Of a stretch of 64,000 nt of DNA, positions 35,111 through 47,631 are shown piece after piece; positions within the stretch are counted from its first letter, which is position 1; every line of letters starts with the position of its first letter. This DNA is from an uncultured Verrucomicrobiota bacterium (lineage in GTDB: Bacteria; Verrucomicrobiota; Verrucomicrobiia; Limisphaerales; UBA9464). The stretch covers positions 1,354 to 65,353 of the forward strand of contig CAIRNV010000282.1 in NCBI GenBank assembly GCA_903880005.1, in the 5' to 3' direction. Made by a program: the position numbers and the translations under genes. Under the pieces are notes generated by a model, which was not told where the DNA came from, ran no database searches, and saw only the letters and a program-made list of their open reading frames with translations.

Positions 35111-38100
35111 CTACCGGGCCAACGCCTCGTCGAGGTTGAGCACGGTGCTGGCGACCAACGCCCATGCCGCCCTCTCGGGGCTGCCCCCGGTCCTCGCCGC
35201 CTCCTCGGGCATGGCGCGGTACCGCTCCACGGCCGCGTCATGCAAGCGTGCCAGTCGTTCCACCGTCTTGGGTCCTGGTTCCCGGCCCAGGACGCGCCGC
35301 AACATCCAGCGCGCGCGGGCGGCCTTCCCTTCGGCCGCCTTCTCCGCCCGTCCCGCGAGTGCCATCGCGGCCTCGGCGTACACGGGGTCGTTCAAGGTCA
35401 CCAAGGCCTGCAACGGCGTGCTCGTGGGAATCCGCCGCGCCGTGCACATCTCCCGGCTCGATGCATCGAACGTCAGGAACGACGGGTACGGGCTCGTGCG
35501 CCTCCAATACGTATAGACCGCGCGGCGATGACGGTCGGGCCCCTTGGCCTCCACCCATTGGGACGAGTTGTACACGACCTGCCAGACGCCCTCCGGCTGC
35601 GGTGGCATGACGGGCGGGCCGCCCACCTTCGGGCTGAGCAAGCCGGAGACGGCCAACGCCTGGTCCCGGACCATCTCGGCCGTCAGGCGCGCCCTGGGCC
35701 CGCGGGCCAGCAACCGGTTGCGCGGGTCCCGCGCCACCAGCCCGGCCGACGCCCGGTGGTCCTGTCGGTACGTCGCGGACAACACCACCTCACGCAGCAA
35801 TCGCTTCACGCTCCATGCCAGGTCCCCCTGAAACCGCGTCGCCAGGTGGTCCAACAGCTCCGGATGCGACGCCGGCAGCCCGGTCGATCCCATGTCCTCG
35901 ACGGTTTCAACGATGCCGGCGCCGAACAACTCGGCCCACAGGCGGTTCACCTGCACGCGCGCGGTCAACGGGTTGTCCGGGCTCACGAGCCACCGCGCCG
36001 CCGCGAGGCGATCCGCCGGGCCCGGCGGCAACGGCGGGAACCCGGCCGGCGCCCCGCCCTCCACCACCTGGTCCTTCGCCAGGAAGTTGCCGCGCACCAG
36101 CAAGCGGGTCTCGCGCCGTGCCGACGCCGGCCGGTCGCGCATCACCAGCGTGCTCGCCGATGGCATCGCGTCCCGCTGCTTCCGCACCTCCGCCAACCGC
36201 GCTTGCAACGCCGCGCGCTCCGGGGATTGGACCAGCTCCGTCCAGCCGGGGTCCGACGACGACGACAGCTTGAAGTGGTGGACGATGGAGCCCTTGGTCT
36301 CCGCGTCGAAGATCTCGTGCTTGAGATGCAACCGGAGCGTGTCGCCCGGCGTCACCCGCACCGGTTCCTTGGGCACGAACACCAGCCAACGCGGCCCGAA
36401 GAGCTTCGGGAACGCGCCGCCCCCCGCCCATCCCGGCCTGAGGCTCTCCTCCGGGTCGTAGGGGCCGGCGAGGTCGGGCGAGTACACGGCCGCGAACTCC
36501 ACGACGTGCATGCCCGTGGGCAGCGGCCTGGGCTCGCGCTTCTTCGGGGCCGGCTTGCCCGCCTTCTTGGCCTCGGCCTCGCGTCGCGAGTCCTCCTCTG
36601 CCATGGCTTGGTTCTCCGTCTTCACCTTCTCGGCTTCCACCTTCGCGGCCGCCACGCGCTCGGGGTTCTCCACCTCCAGCCAAAGGTGCCCCACCACGGC
36701 CCCATGCTCCGGAAGCTTCCTCGGGTCGGGGTTCCGCGGGAGGATGTCGAGGCGCAGGGCCGTGAACGACGCGTCCGACCGGAGGGGCATGACGAACGTC
36801 GCCCCGTTCGGAACCGTGCCGTCCACGCGAACCTCGTGGCCCTCGACCGTGAACGTCGCGGACTTGGGCCCTTGCACGCCGGAGGGGGGCAAGGGCCGCC
36901 ACGCGTCCCGGGCCACGCGCGGCAACGCCACGTCGTTGAGTCGCGCGCGCAGGTCCGTCGCCTCGCGATCCAACCGCTCCGCCTCCGCCCGTTGCGCCGG
37001 GTCATGCGGAACCCGTAGCCGGGGGAAGTCGTCCGACAGGTCGGCGTCCTCCGTGGAGTTCCACAGGGCGAGGAAGCGGTAGTAATCCTCCTGGGCGAAG
37101 GCGTCGTACGGATGCGCATGGCACTGGACGCATCCGAAGGTGGTGCCCTGCCAGACGGTCCAGGTTGTGTTCACGCGGTCCACGACCGCCGCCAGGCGGT
37201 ATTCCTCGTCGTCCGTGCCGCCCTCCGTGTTGGTCTGGGTATGGCGATGAAACCCCGTGGCGACGCGATCATCGATCGTGGCATCCGGCAGGAGGTCCCC
37301 CGCGAGGCAACGAAGGGTGAATTGATCGAACGGCATGTCCTCGTTCAGGGCACGCACCAGCCAATCCCGCCAGGGCCACACCTCGCGGCCGTTGTCCTTC
37401 TCGTATCCCTGCGTGTCCGCGTACCGCGCCAGGTCCATCCACATCGCCGCCCAGCGCTCCCCGTAGGCGGCCGACCCCAGCAACCGATCCACCGCCTGCT
37501 CCGGCGTCTCCTCCCCCTTTTCGAAACGCAGCAACTCCTCCTCCGTGGGCGGCAGGCCCGTGAGGTCGAAGGTCGCGCGCCGCAGCCATTGCCCCGGGGG
37601 CGCGGGCCGCGACGGCCGCAGCCGCTCCGCCTCCAATCGCGCCAACACGAACCGATCCAACGACGACCGGGCCCAGCGCGCGTCCTTCACCCGAGGCAAG
37701 GGCGGCGGCTCGGGCTTCACGAACATCGGGTGCGCGCCCCATCGCGCTCCCTGCGCGATCCATCGCTGCAAGGTCGCCACCTCCGCCTTCGACAATCCCT
37801 TCCCGTCGCCATGCTCCCGGGGGGGCATGTGGCCGTCGTCGGCCGCCGGCAAGGTCACCCGTCGATAGAGTTCCGACGCCTCGGGCTGGCCTGGCACCAC
37901 CGTGGGGCGTCCCGACTTGCCGGAGGCCAGGGCCTTCTCGCGTTGCAGGAAGGAAACCCCGCCCGCCTGCTTCACGCCCCCATGGCACGCGGTGCAGTGC
38001 TGGCCCAGGATGGGGCGCACGTCCCTCTGGAAGTCCACCGGGCCCGCAACCGTCCCGGCCCCGGATGCCGGGAGGACCCATGCCACCATGACGAGCAAGG

Positions 38101-38124
38101 TCCCCATCCACCCGCGTGGAGCCC

Positions 38125-38128
<4 letters not shown>
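35111..38128 (-). CDS. PSCyt1 + DUF1549 + DUF1553 protein (planctomycete-type cytochrome c / PSD family)
   Basis: Start at ATG 38128 (MRAPRGWMGTLLVMVAWVLPASGA). FQRDVRPILGQHCTACHGG is the heme site. The C-terminal third is DUF1553-like. The start overlaps the upstream stop (ATGA). Confidence 0.9.
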
Positions 38129-39624
<1,496 letters not shown>

Positions 39625-39684
39625 CGCAACTCCATCGTCACGGGCGAGGATTTTCTCAGCCGCACCACGGCGGGATTGTTCAGG

Positions 39685-40533
39685 TCAAAACACCTGCGCC
39701 GCGACGCCTCCCGCCTCCCGCACGGCCCTGGCGATGTTCGACAACTCGCCCAACCCAGCGTGACATGCGCGCCCCGACGCCGACGGCCGCGTCGCGGAGT
39801 ACACCTGCACCCCGTCGATCCGGGTCCCGTCCCGGCGAAGCTCCGCAATCCGGGCGCCGTACGCCTCCTGCTCCGACAACGGCATCTCGCGCCCGTCCAG
39901 CCTGGGAAACAACCCCTGCAACACCAACGGCCGACGACGTCCGGCCGACGTGATGGCCGCCAGGACCTCCTCGAAGCGCACCCCGTCGCCATTGACCTTG
40001 CGGAACCATTCCGGCGTCCCCGCGTCGAGCTTCGCCCAGATCTCGTCCCGCGACGTCATCAGGCGCAACCCGCGCCGCACGGCTGGCTCCTCCAGTGCCG
40101 TGCTGTTCGTGATCAACGCTACCTTGAAGAAGCCATGCCGCCCCTGCGCGCGCAGGTGCATCAACGCCTCCACCACCTCCTCGAAAACCGGGCACAACGT
40201 CGGCTCCCCATTCCCGCTCAAGGCCACGTGCCCCAGCCTGAGGTACTCCGCCGGCGCACCCTCGCAGCCCGGCAACCATCCGCCCCGCCCCGCCTCGATC
40301 GCCTCCAAGACCGTCGCCAGCTCCCCCATCATGGCCACGACATCCGGCCGGGACGGCTGACCAACAAGCCGGGAACGGTCCACCTCGCAATACGCGCACT
40401 GGAGGTTGCACCGGCCGTCCGGGTTCAAGTTCAGGCGAACGGACAAGCCGCGCGCCCGTGGCGACACCACCGCTTGCACGAATTGAAATGAACCCTTCGC
40501 AGGGGCGCGGTGCGGGGCGGTGGACGCGTTCAT
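39685..40533 (-). CDS. Radical SAM protein (COG0731 / TYW1-like pattern)
   Basis: CNLQCAYC cluster motif, ALSGNGEPTL, ITNSTAL and AKLDAGTPEWFRKVNG. Start set at ATG 40533; the longer ORF extends to 40656. Confidence 0.75.
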   Translation of the reverse strand: MNASTAPHRAPAKGSFQFVQAVVSPRARGLSVRLNLNPDGRCNLQCAYCEVDRSRLVGQPSRPDVVAMMGELATVLEAIEAGRGGWLPGCEGAPAEYLRLGHVALSGNGEPTLCPVFEEVVEALMHLRAQGRHGFFKVALITNSTALEEPAVRRGLRLMTSRDEIWAKLDAGTPEWFRKVNGDGVRFEEVLAAITSAGRRRPLVLQGLFPRLDGREMPLSEQEAYGARIAELRRDGTRIDGVQVYSATRPSASGRACHAGLGELSNIARAVREAGGVAAQVF

Positions 40534-40967
40534 TTCACCGCAGCGTCCTCGACGGATCCAAGGCATCGCCAACCCCTCGTTGGCCCCCATGACGCCCCCG
40601 TTGACTTGGCAACGATCCACGCGGCGTATCCCGAAGTTATGGGCCATGCCGAACATGTCGTGGGTCCCTCAACTCTGGGAGCGCGGCCGTCCCAGGCCGC
40701 CACCCCATGCTCCTGCCCTGCGGCACCGGTCAAATCTCCGCTGCCCGACCCAATTCCGCCATCAACCTCGGGATGCACGGCGACCGACGCGGCGGCCTGG
40801 CCAACGCTCGACGTCGGGTGCCCCTGCGGGCAGCCTTCCCTTGCGAGCACGGACATGGAACATCCCGATGCATCATGAGCCTCGCCTCACCTCGCCGTGA
40901 ATTGACCAGAACGATCCCGTGGGGTCCGTCGTACGGCTTGGACGCCGCCGCACGGCATCTCCCACGC

Positions 40968-41888
40968 ATGGGGCGACGCGGCTTCATGATGGCCGCAGCC
41001 GCCAGCGTCGCGGCGGGCTGCGCCTCAATGCACGCGCCCGCGCTTCTGCCCATCCTCGACACCCACACGCACTTCTACGACCCCCAACGTCCCGGGGGCG
41101 TCCGCTGGCCGTCGAAGGATGATGCCCTGCTGTATCGCAGCGTCCTGCCCCCGGAATACGAGGTCCTGGCCCGCCCGCTGGGAATCCAACAAACGGTCAT
41201 CGTCGAGGCCAGCCCCGACTCCGAGGACAACGATTGGGTGCTCGCCCTCATGCCCCGGCACTCGGTCCTACGCGGCGTCATCGGGCATCTGAGCCCCGCC
41301 AATCCCGGATTCCCCGCGCAGTGGACGCGCTGGAGCCGGCGACCGGGCTTCCTTGGAATCCGCACCGGCGGATGGGACGGGCCGTTGGACACGTCCAGGC
41401 CGGGGTTTGTGGAGCATTGCCGTCGGGTGGCCGCAGATCGCCGGGTGCTGGAGGTGCTCGTGGGGCCTGGGCAGTTGCCTGAGGTGGTTCGCCTCGCCCG
41501 CGCCATCCCCGACCTCGTGGTGGTCGTGGATCACTGCGCCAACGTGCGCATCGATGGCAAGGCCCCGCCCGGCGAATGGTTGAAGGGCATGGATGGTCTC
41601 GCGGAATGCCCCCGGGTCCACGTGAAGGTATCCGGCCTCGTCGAGGGCAGCGGACACGACCATGGCGACGCCCCGTCGGAAGCCGCCTTCTACCAACCCA
41701 TCCTCGACGCGCTCTGGTCCCGCTTCGGCGACCGCCGCCTGGTCTTCGGATCGAACTGGCCGGTGTCGGACCGTTTCGCACCGCTGGCCCGGGTCGTGTC
41801 GGTGGTTCGCGACTACCTGTCGGCAACGACGGTGGCTTCCGCCCGGCGCGTCCTGCACGACAACGCCCTTCGTCTTTATTGGATATGA
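40968..41888 (+). CDS. Amidohydrolase-2 family metal-dependent hydrolase with Tat-like signal
   Basis: MGRRGFMMAAAASVAAGCAS, ILDTHTHFYDP and VVVDHCAN. Alternative start at ATG 40875. Confidence 0.8.
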   Translation: MGRRGFMMAAAASVAAGCASMHAPALLPILDTHTHFYDPQRPGGVRWPSKDDALLYRSVLPPEYEVLARPLGIQQTVIVEASPDSEDNDWVLALMPRHSVLRGVIGHLSPANPGFPAQWTRWSRRPGFLGIRTGGWDGPLDTSRPGFVEHCRRVAADRRVLEVLVGPGQLPEVVRLARAIPDLVVVVDHCANVRIDGKAPPGEWLKGMDGLAECPRVHVKVSGLVEGSGHDHGDAPSEAAFYQPILDALWSRFGDRRLVFGSNWPVSDRFAPLARVVSVVRDYLSATTVASARRVLHDNALRLYWI

Positions 41889-44632
41889 AACATTCATGGA
41901 ACTTCGCGACGGCCGGGGCCTTGTTGCTCACGTTGGCCTCCCTGCCCTTCCCCGTTCTCGGCGGGCGCATCCCGTGGGAAACCTCGCGTGTCCAAGGCTC
42001 GCCCGAGCCCCCGCCGGCCGCGCGCGTCGAGCGCGTGCACGCCAACGTGGTATTCAAGAGCCCCGTTGAACTGCAACACGACCCCGCGCGGGACCTTTGG
42101 TGGGTGGCGCAGCATGGCGGCCAGTTGCTGGTCTTGGAGTCCAACCCGGCCGCCGCTCGCACGCCCGCCCCTCCGCATGTCGCCCTCGACCTCGCGGCAA
42201 ACCAACGGCCCTTCAACCAGTTGCTCGGCTTCGCCCTCGACCCCGGGCATGCGACCAACCGCTGGATTTTCGTCGCCTACGTCCATGCCGACGGGAAGCC
42301 CGAAGGATCTCGCGTCAGCCGGTTCGCCTTCTCGGAGGGCCCGCGCCCCGTCGTGGACATGGCCTCCGAGGTCGTCCTTCTCACGTGGCTCGGCGGCGGC
42401 CACAACGGCTGCGCCCTGCGATTCGGGCCCGACGGGAAGCTCTACATCTCGACGGGGGATGGATCGTCCCCCGAGCCCCCGGACGCCCTCCGCACCGGGC
42501 AACGGCTCGACGACCTCTTGTCGAGCATCCTGCGCATCGACGTCCACCCGGCCGACCGCTCGAAGCCTTGGGAGGTTCCCTCCGACAACCCCTTCGTGAA
42601 CCGCGCCGGGGCGCGGCCGGAGGTCTGGGCCTACGGCTTCCGCAACCCGTGGCGCATGTCGTTTGCACCCGACGGCTCCCTCTGGGTCTCGGACGTGGGA
42701 TGGGAACGATGGGAGACCGTTCATCGGGTCACGGCGGGCTACAACGGCGGATGGGCGCGCGAGGAAGGCCCGAACGTGGTGGATGCGTCCGTCCAGGCCC
42801 CCACGCCGGTCGGACGCCCCGTCGCCGCGCATCCCCACACGGAGGCCGCGAGCATCACGGGCGGCGTGTTTCACCAAGGATCCGAACTCGCCTCGTTTCG
42901 GGGCCAGCATGTGTACGGCGACTGGGAGACCGGGAAGATCTGGATGCTGGCCACGACCCCAGGCGCGCACCCGGTGGAGGTGGCGGACACGCCGTTGAAG
43001 ATTGTCGCGTTCGCCAACGGCCCCGGGGGCGAGACATACCTCCTGGACCATCAAGGGGGCGGGATGCACCGGCTCGTGGCCAACACCGCCCGGCCGGCCG
43101 TTCCCTTCCCCACCGCCCTGTCGCGCACGGGGTTGTTCTCCGACGTCGCACGACAAGAGCCGGCCCCCGGCGTCGTGCCCTATGAGGTCGTCGAACCGCG
43201 TTGGCACGACGGCGCGAGGGCTCGCCGTTGGATCGCCGTCCCCGGCGACGCCCCCTTCGAGCCCGGGGCATGGAAGCCCGGCACCGTCCTCGTCAAAACC
43301 CTGTCCCTGCCCACATCCAATGCAGCGGTGCTGGACCCCATCGAGACCCAGTTGCTCCACTACAACGGCGAGTCATGGGCCGCCTACACCTACCGGTGGA
43401 ACACCAACGCCACGGACGCCGCCCTGGTCCCGGCCGCCGGCGACTCCATCGAGCGCACCGTGCCCGGGGAAGGACCGCGACGCTGGACCTTCCAAGCCCG
43501 GTCCGACTGCCTTCGTTGCCACAACTCGTGGCCGGGGTTCGTGCTCGGCTTCCAAGTCCCGCAGCTCGCCGCATCGGGGACGTTGGACCGTTGGCGGGCC
43601 TTGGGCTGGTTGGGAACCAACGTCCCTGCCACGCCCTCCATGGATCTGGTGAGCCACCTGGATGCGTCGAAGCCCGTTCCCCAACGCGCTCGTTCGTGGC
43701 TGCACGTCAACTGCGCCCCTTGCCATCGATTCGGGGCCGGCGCGGCCGTCGCCGCCCGCTTCGGACTGGAGGAACCGCTCGACAAGCTCGCCTTGGTCGA
43801 TGTGCCGCCCTCGCGCGGCACCTTCGGCATCGCCGACGCTCGGCTCGTCGCGCCGGGTGCCCCAGGTCGTTCCGTCGCCCTGCACCGCATCCTCACGGGC
43901 GGCGCGGGCCACATGCCGCCGATCGGAACGCGCCAACCCGACCCGGCCGGCGCCCGCGTGGTCGCGGACTGGATCCGGGGCCTCGCCCAGCCGGGCAACA
44001 CCCCCTCGCGGTTTCAAGCCGGCTCGGTGGAGGACGCCTTGGAAACCCTTTCCACCACCTTGCCCGCACGCCCAAGCCCGGAGGCCGTGCATCAAGGGAT
44101 GGCCGCCAAGGCCGCAGTCGTGCGGGATCTTTGGTCGCCCTACGCCCCGCCCACCCAACGGCGCGAGACCCTGGGAGAAACCGTTCCCGTGCAGGCGTTG
44201 CTGGCGGCCCGTGGCGATCCGGCCCGGGGACGTCGCTTGTTCGCCTCCGACGACGGCCCGGGCTGCGTTCGCTGCCATGCGGTGGACGGGCAAGGCGGCA
44301 AGTTTGGCCCGGACCTGGCAAGGCTGGGCTCCCAGCGGTCACGCGCGGACGTGCTCGAAAGCATCGTGATGCCCAGCCGCGTCGTCGCGGAGGCCTATCG
44401 CGTGCATCAACTCGAGCTGCGCGACGGCTCGTCGCTCGTCGGGCTCGTGGAGCGACGGGCGGACGGGTCACGACGCATCCGCGTCGAGGACGGGACGGAA
44501 CGTACCGTCTCCCAGGGCGACCTCGTGCGCGACGAGCCACTGGCCGGGTCCGCGATGCCCGAGGGACTGCTGTCGAGCCTGACGTTCGAGGAGGCGGCGG
44601 ACCTGCTGGAGTACCTGGCGTCCCTGCGCTGA
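41885..44632 (+). CDS. PQQ-dependent sugar (sorbosone/glucose) dehydrogenase-like beta-propeller fused to c-type cytochrome domains
   Basis: The ATG overlaps the upstream stop (ATGA). GGGHNGCALRFGPDGKLYISTGDG and VWAYGFRNPWRMSF, followed by CLRCH, CAPCH and CVRCHAVDGQGGKFGPDL. Confidence 0.8.
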   Translation: MKHSWNFATAGALLLTLASLPFPVLGGRIPWETSRVQGSPEPPPAARVERVHANVVFKSPVELQHDPARDLWWVAQHGGQLLVLESNPAAARTPAPPHVALDLAANQRPFNQLLGFALDPGHATNRWIFVAYVHADGKPEGSRVSRFAFSEGPRPVVDMASEVVLLTWLGGGHNGCALRFGPDGKLYISTGDGSSPEPPDALRTGQRLDDLLSSILRIDVHPADRSKPWEVPSDNPFVNRAGARPEVWAYGFRNPWRMSFAPDGSLWVSDVGWERWETVHRVTAGYNGGWAREEGPNVVDASVQAPTPVGRPVAAHPHTEAASITGGVFHQGSELASFRGQHVYGDWETGKIWMLATTPGAHPVEVADTPLKIVAFANGPGGETYLLDHQGGGMHRLVANTARPAVPFPTALSRTGLFSDVARQEPAPGVVPYEVVEPRWHDGARARRWIAVPGDAPFEPGAWKPGTVLVKTLSLPTSNAAVLDPIETQLLHYNGESWAAYTYRWNTNATDAALVPAAGDSIERTVPGEGPRRWTFQARSDCLRCHNSWPGFVLGFQVPQLAASGTLDRWRALGWLGTNVPATPSMDLVSHLDASKPVPQRARSWLHVNCAPCHRFGAGAAVAARFGLEEPLDKLALVDVPPSRGTFGIADARLVAPGAPGRSVALHRILTGGAGHMPPIGTRQPDPAGARVVADWIRGLAQPGNTPSRFQAGSVEDALETLSTTLPARPSPEAVHQGMAAKAAVVRDLWSPYAPPTQRRETLGETVPVQALLAARGDPARGRRLFASDDGPGCVRCHAVDGQGGKFGPDLARLGSQRSRADVLESIVMPSRVVAEAYRVHQLELRDGSSLVGLVERRADGSRRIRVEDGTERTVSQGDLVRDEPLAGSAMPEGLLSSLTFEEAADLLEYLASLR

Positions 44633-44658
44633 CCCCGCCGCCGCCCGACGCGCGACGT

Positions 44659-46599
44659 TCACCGGGGCGCCTTGGCGCGTTCGATGACGAATTGCACCAG
44701 TTCCAAGGAACGAAAGAACCCCAGGTCCATGTCGTGTCCGCGCCCCGGCAACACGATGAGGCGCGCGGCGTCGCGCCGGCCCGCCGCCGCGTACCCCTGC
44801 ATGAACGCGCCCGAGTTGGGCTCCAGTGGCACGACCGTGTCGTGGTCTCCGTGAACAAGCAGCGCCGGGATGCCTGCCCGCGCCAACGCGCCCGCCTTGC
44901 CCACCGGGTTCAGCGATCCCAAGCGCGCCGACAATCCATCGGGCGACATGCCGTAGGAACCCGCCGCGCGCTCCACGCCCGGATAGCTACGCACGTCGAA
45001 AACCGGATAGATGCCCGCCACGCCCAGGACTCGCGAGGGATGCGAGGCAGCCCAGCTCGACACGATCAAGCCACCCCGGCTGCGCCCTAGCACGCAGGCC
45101 TTGCCCCGGAATCCGAACCGCCGCCGCACCTCCTGGTACAACGCCTCCTGTGCCTCGTGCGCCGCCGGGCTCCCATACGCCTCGCCCACGTCCACGCCGG
45201 CCACCGCCACGCCCGCCGCAAGGAACTGCTCGTGCATCCAGCGCTCCGCCTCGTCCGGCACGCCTCCCAGCGTGGGCGCATAAAAGACCCACGGCAGCTC
45301 GCGCCTTGTCTTCGACTCGCCCGTTGGAAGGAACGCGAACGCCGGGCGCCCGCCCGCCATGAACGTCTCCACGCGCCCCGCCTTCAGCGCGGGCCAGCCC
45401 GGCGCGGGAACAAACACCCCGTTCGCCCCCGCCGCGCCGCCCGACCCGGACGCGGTCAACGTCTTCAACCAGGTCACCAACCGCGTCGCCCACAAGCGCC
45501 CGTGCTCCCTGAGGCCCTCGCCGTTGAAATGCACGCCACGCCCACCGCCGTCTCGCCAGCGCTCCCCCAACGCGTCCGTGTCCGGCCCTTGCATCGCCAG
45601 CCCGGATTCCCACAACGACGCCTGCGCCCGGCGAATGTCCTCCGAGCCGCGGTCGTCCGGCGTGTGATAGCTGACCTGCGCGACCATCCACGGCACCGGC
45701 CAACCCGCCTCGGCACGCACGCCCTCCATCACCCGCGACAAAAGCCGCGCGTACAGGTCGCCCCGCAACGTGTGGCTCGGGTCGGCCTGGTTCGCGTCCG
45801 ATTCCCCCTGGTGCCACAGCACGGCCCGAAACCCGTTCGTCCCCAGCGCCCGCACCCGCGCCACGAGCTGCTGGTACAGCGCGCCGTCGGACTCCCACGC
45901 GTTGTCCTTGCGTCGCACCCGAGCCATGACCGTGGGCGGCGACTCGAACAACACGCCTGTCGGCAACCATTCGCGCACGCTCGTGCCGCCACTGCCCACG
46001 CACACGAAGCCCACCGGCACGCCCAATTCCATCCCCAAAGCATCGCCCAACGGGGGAATGAAGCTTCCGCCGTCGCCGCTCGCGCCCGGCTGTGGATCAC
46101 GCGCCAGTTGCCAGCCCTTGGGGCCCAAGGCCATCACGCCGGGCCTACGCGGGGTCTGCCGCTCGTCCCCGTGATTCGCCGAGTTCGACTGGCCGGCCAC
46201 CACGAATACCTCGCCCACGCTCACGCCAACCTCCGCCGCCGTGAGCACGTCGTCCCCACGCCGGACGCGCACGAAGGCCCTGGTCAAACCGGATGGCAAC
46301 CGAACAGCGAGGCGGAAGCCGCTCTCGCCGGGCGCGACCTGCCATGTCCGGCTCCATTTCTTGTCGCCGAGGAACCGCGTCTCCACCCAGTCGCCCGGGC
46401 GCACGCCCGCGTCCTTGGGGAAGGTGCCCGCCACCACCACGAGGGCGCCGCCCGACGCATCACGCTGGAACACGCGGTCCTGCTGGGGCGCATCGAGGGT
46501 CCAATCGACGGGCTGCCCAGCATGGACGAGCGCCACGGAGGCCATGAGGACGAGCACGCACGCAACGCGCGCGATGCCAGCGAGGGCGAGGAAGTTCAT
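44659..46599 (-). CDS. Secreted two-domain esterase: sialate-O-acetylesterase-like (DUF303) + alpha/beta-hydrolase
   Basis: Signal peptide, then VFVVAGQSNSANHG and AVLWHQGESDA (DUF303 pattern). The C-terminus has GRSRGGLIVSSWA and LLVHGDHDTVVP. Confidence 0.75.
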   Translation of the reverse strand: MNFLALAGIARVACVLVLMASVALVHAGQPVDWTLDAPQQDRVFQRDASGGALVVVAGTFPKDAGVRPGDWVETRFLGDKKWSRTWQVAPGESGFRLAVRLPSGLTRAFVRVRRGDDVLTAAEVGVSVGEVFVVAGQSNSANHGDERQTPRRPGVMALGPKGWQLARDPQPGASGDGGSFIPPLGDALGMELGVPVGFVCVGSGGTSVREWLPTGVLFESPPTVMARVRRKDNAWESDGALYQQLVARVRALGTNGFRAVLWHQGESDANQADPSHTLRGDLYARLLSRVMEGVRAEAGWPVPWMVAQVSYHTPDDRGSEDIRRAQASLWESGLAMQGPDTDALGERWRDGGGRGVHFNGEGLREHGRLWATRLVTWLKTLTASGSGGAAGANGVFVPAPGWPALKAGRVETFMAGGRPAFAFLPTGESKTRRELPWVFYAPTLGGVPDEAERWMHEQFLAAGVAVAGVDVGEAYGSPAAHEAQEALYQEVRRRFGFRGKACVLGRSRGGLIVSSWAASHPSRVLGVAGIYPVFDVRSYPGVERAAGSYGMSPDGLSARLGSLNPVGKAGALARAGIPALLVHGDHDTVVPLEPNSGAFMQGYAAAGRRDAARLIVLPGRGHDMDLGFFRSLELVQFVIERAKAPR

Positions 46600-46650
46600 G
46601 GGGCTACGAGGGCGATGAAGGCGGCATGTCGTGCGAACGTTGTTGAAGGA

Positions 46651-47631
46651 TCAGTCCAGCCCGCAGGCGCGCTTGGCGCGCGCGAGGGTCTTGCGGGCCA
46701 CCGCCCTGGCCTTGTCCGCGCCCTCGCGCAGGATGTTTTCCACATGGTCCGGGTGCGCCGCCAGCTCCGCCCGCCGCGCGCGCGAGGCCTCGAAGAAGTT
46801 CCAGTAATGCTCGAACAGCGCCTTCTTGAGGTCGCCATATCCAAAGCCGCCCGCGCGCAGGCGTTCCTCGACCTCCACCGCAGTCTCCAGGGGCGCGACA
46901 AGCCTCAGCAATTGCACGGCGATGTTCTTTTCCGCGTCGGGCTTGGGCTCGGCCATGCCGCGGCTGTCCATGACGATCCCCATGATCCGTTTCCGGATGG
47001 ACTTCTCGTCGCCGAAGATGGGGATCGTGTTGTTGTAGCTCTTGGACATCTTTTGGCCGTCCAGCCCCGGCACCACGGCGACCTCGTCACGGATGCGCGG
47101 CTCGGGCACCACGAAGGTCTCGCCGTACAAGAGGTTGAACTTGATCGCGATGTCCCGCGTGACCTCAAGGTGCTGCTTCTGGTCCCGACCGACCGGCACG
47201 ACATTCGAGTCGTAGAGCAAGATGTCGGCGGCCATCAGAACCGGATACGCGAACAACCCATGGTTCACGGCGCCGGCGTCGCCATCGGCAAGGCGAGCCA
47301 TCTTGTCCTTGTAGCTGTGGCAACGTTCGAGCAGCCCCATCGGCGTCACCGTCGAAAGCAGCCACGCCAGCTCCGTGTGCTCGGGCGTATCCGATTGCTT
47401 CCAGAAGATGCACCGGGCTGGGTCCAGGCCGCACGCCAGGAAGTCCAGGGCCACGTCGAACGTGTACTGACGGCGCAGGGCCGGGTCCGTCAGCGACGTC
47501 ATGGAATGATAGTTGGCGATGAAGTAGAAGGCCTCGCCCTGCTCCTGGAGCTGGATCGCGGGAAGCATGGCCCCGAAGTAGTTTCCCAGGTGGAGCGTGC
47601 CGCTCGGCTGGATGCCCGTGAGGATGCGCAT
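46651..47631 (-). CDS. trpS: Tryptophan--tRNA ligase
   Basis: Start at ATG 47631 (MRILTGIQPSGTLHLGNYFG, the HIGH-type motif). KMSKSY loop. Confidence 0.95.
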   Translation of the reverse strand: MRILTGIQPSGTLHLGNYFGAMLPAIQLQEQGEAFYFIANYHSMTSLTDPALRRQYTFDVALDFLACGLDPARCIFWKQSDTPEHTELAWLLSTVTPMGLLERCHSYKDKMARLADGDAGAVNHGLFAYPVLMAADILLYDSNVVPVGRDQKQHLEVTRDIAIKFNLLYGETFVVPEPRIRDEVAVVPGLDGQKMSKSYNNTIPIFGDEKSIRKRIMGIVMDSRGMAEPKPDAEKNIAVQLLRLVAPLETAVEVEERLRAGGFGYGDLKKALFEHYWNFFEASRARRAELAAHPDHVENILREGADKARAVARKTLARAKRACGLD

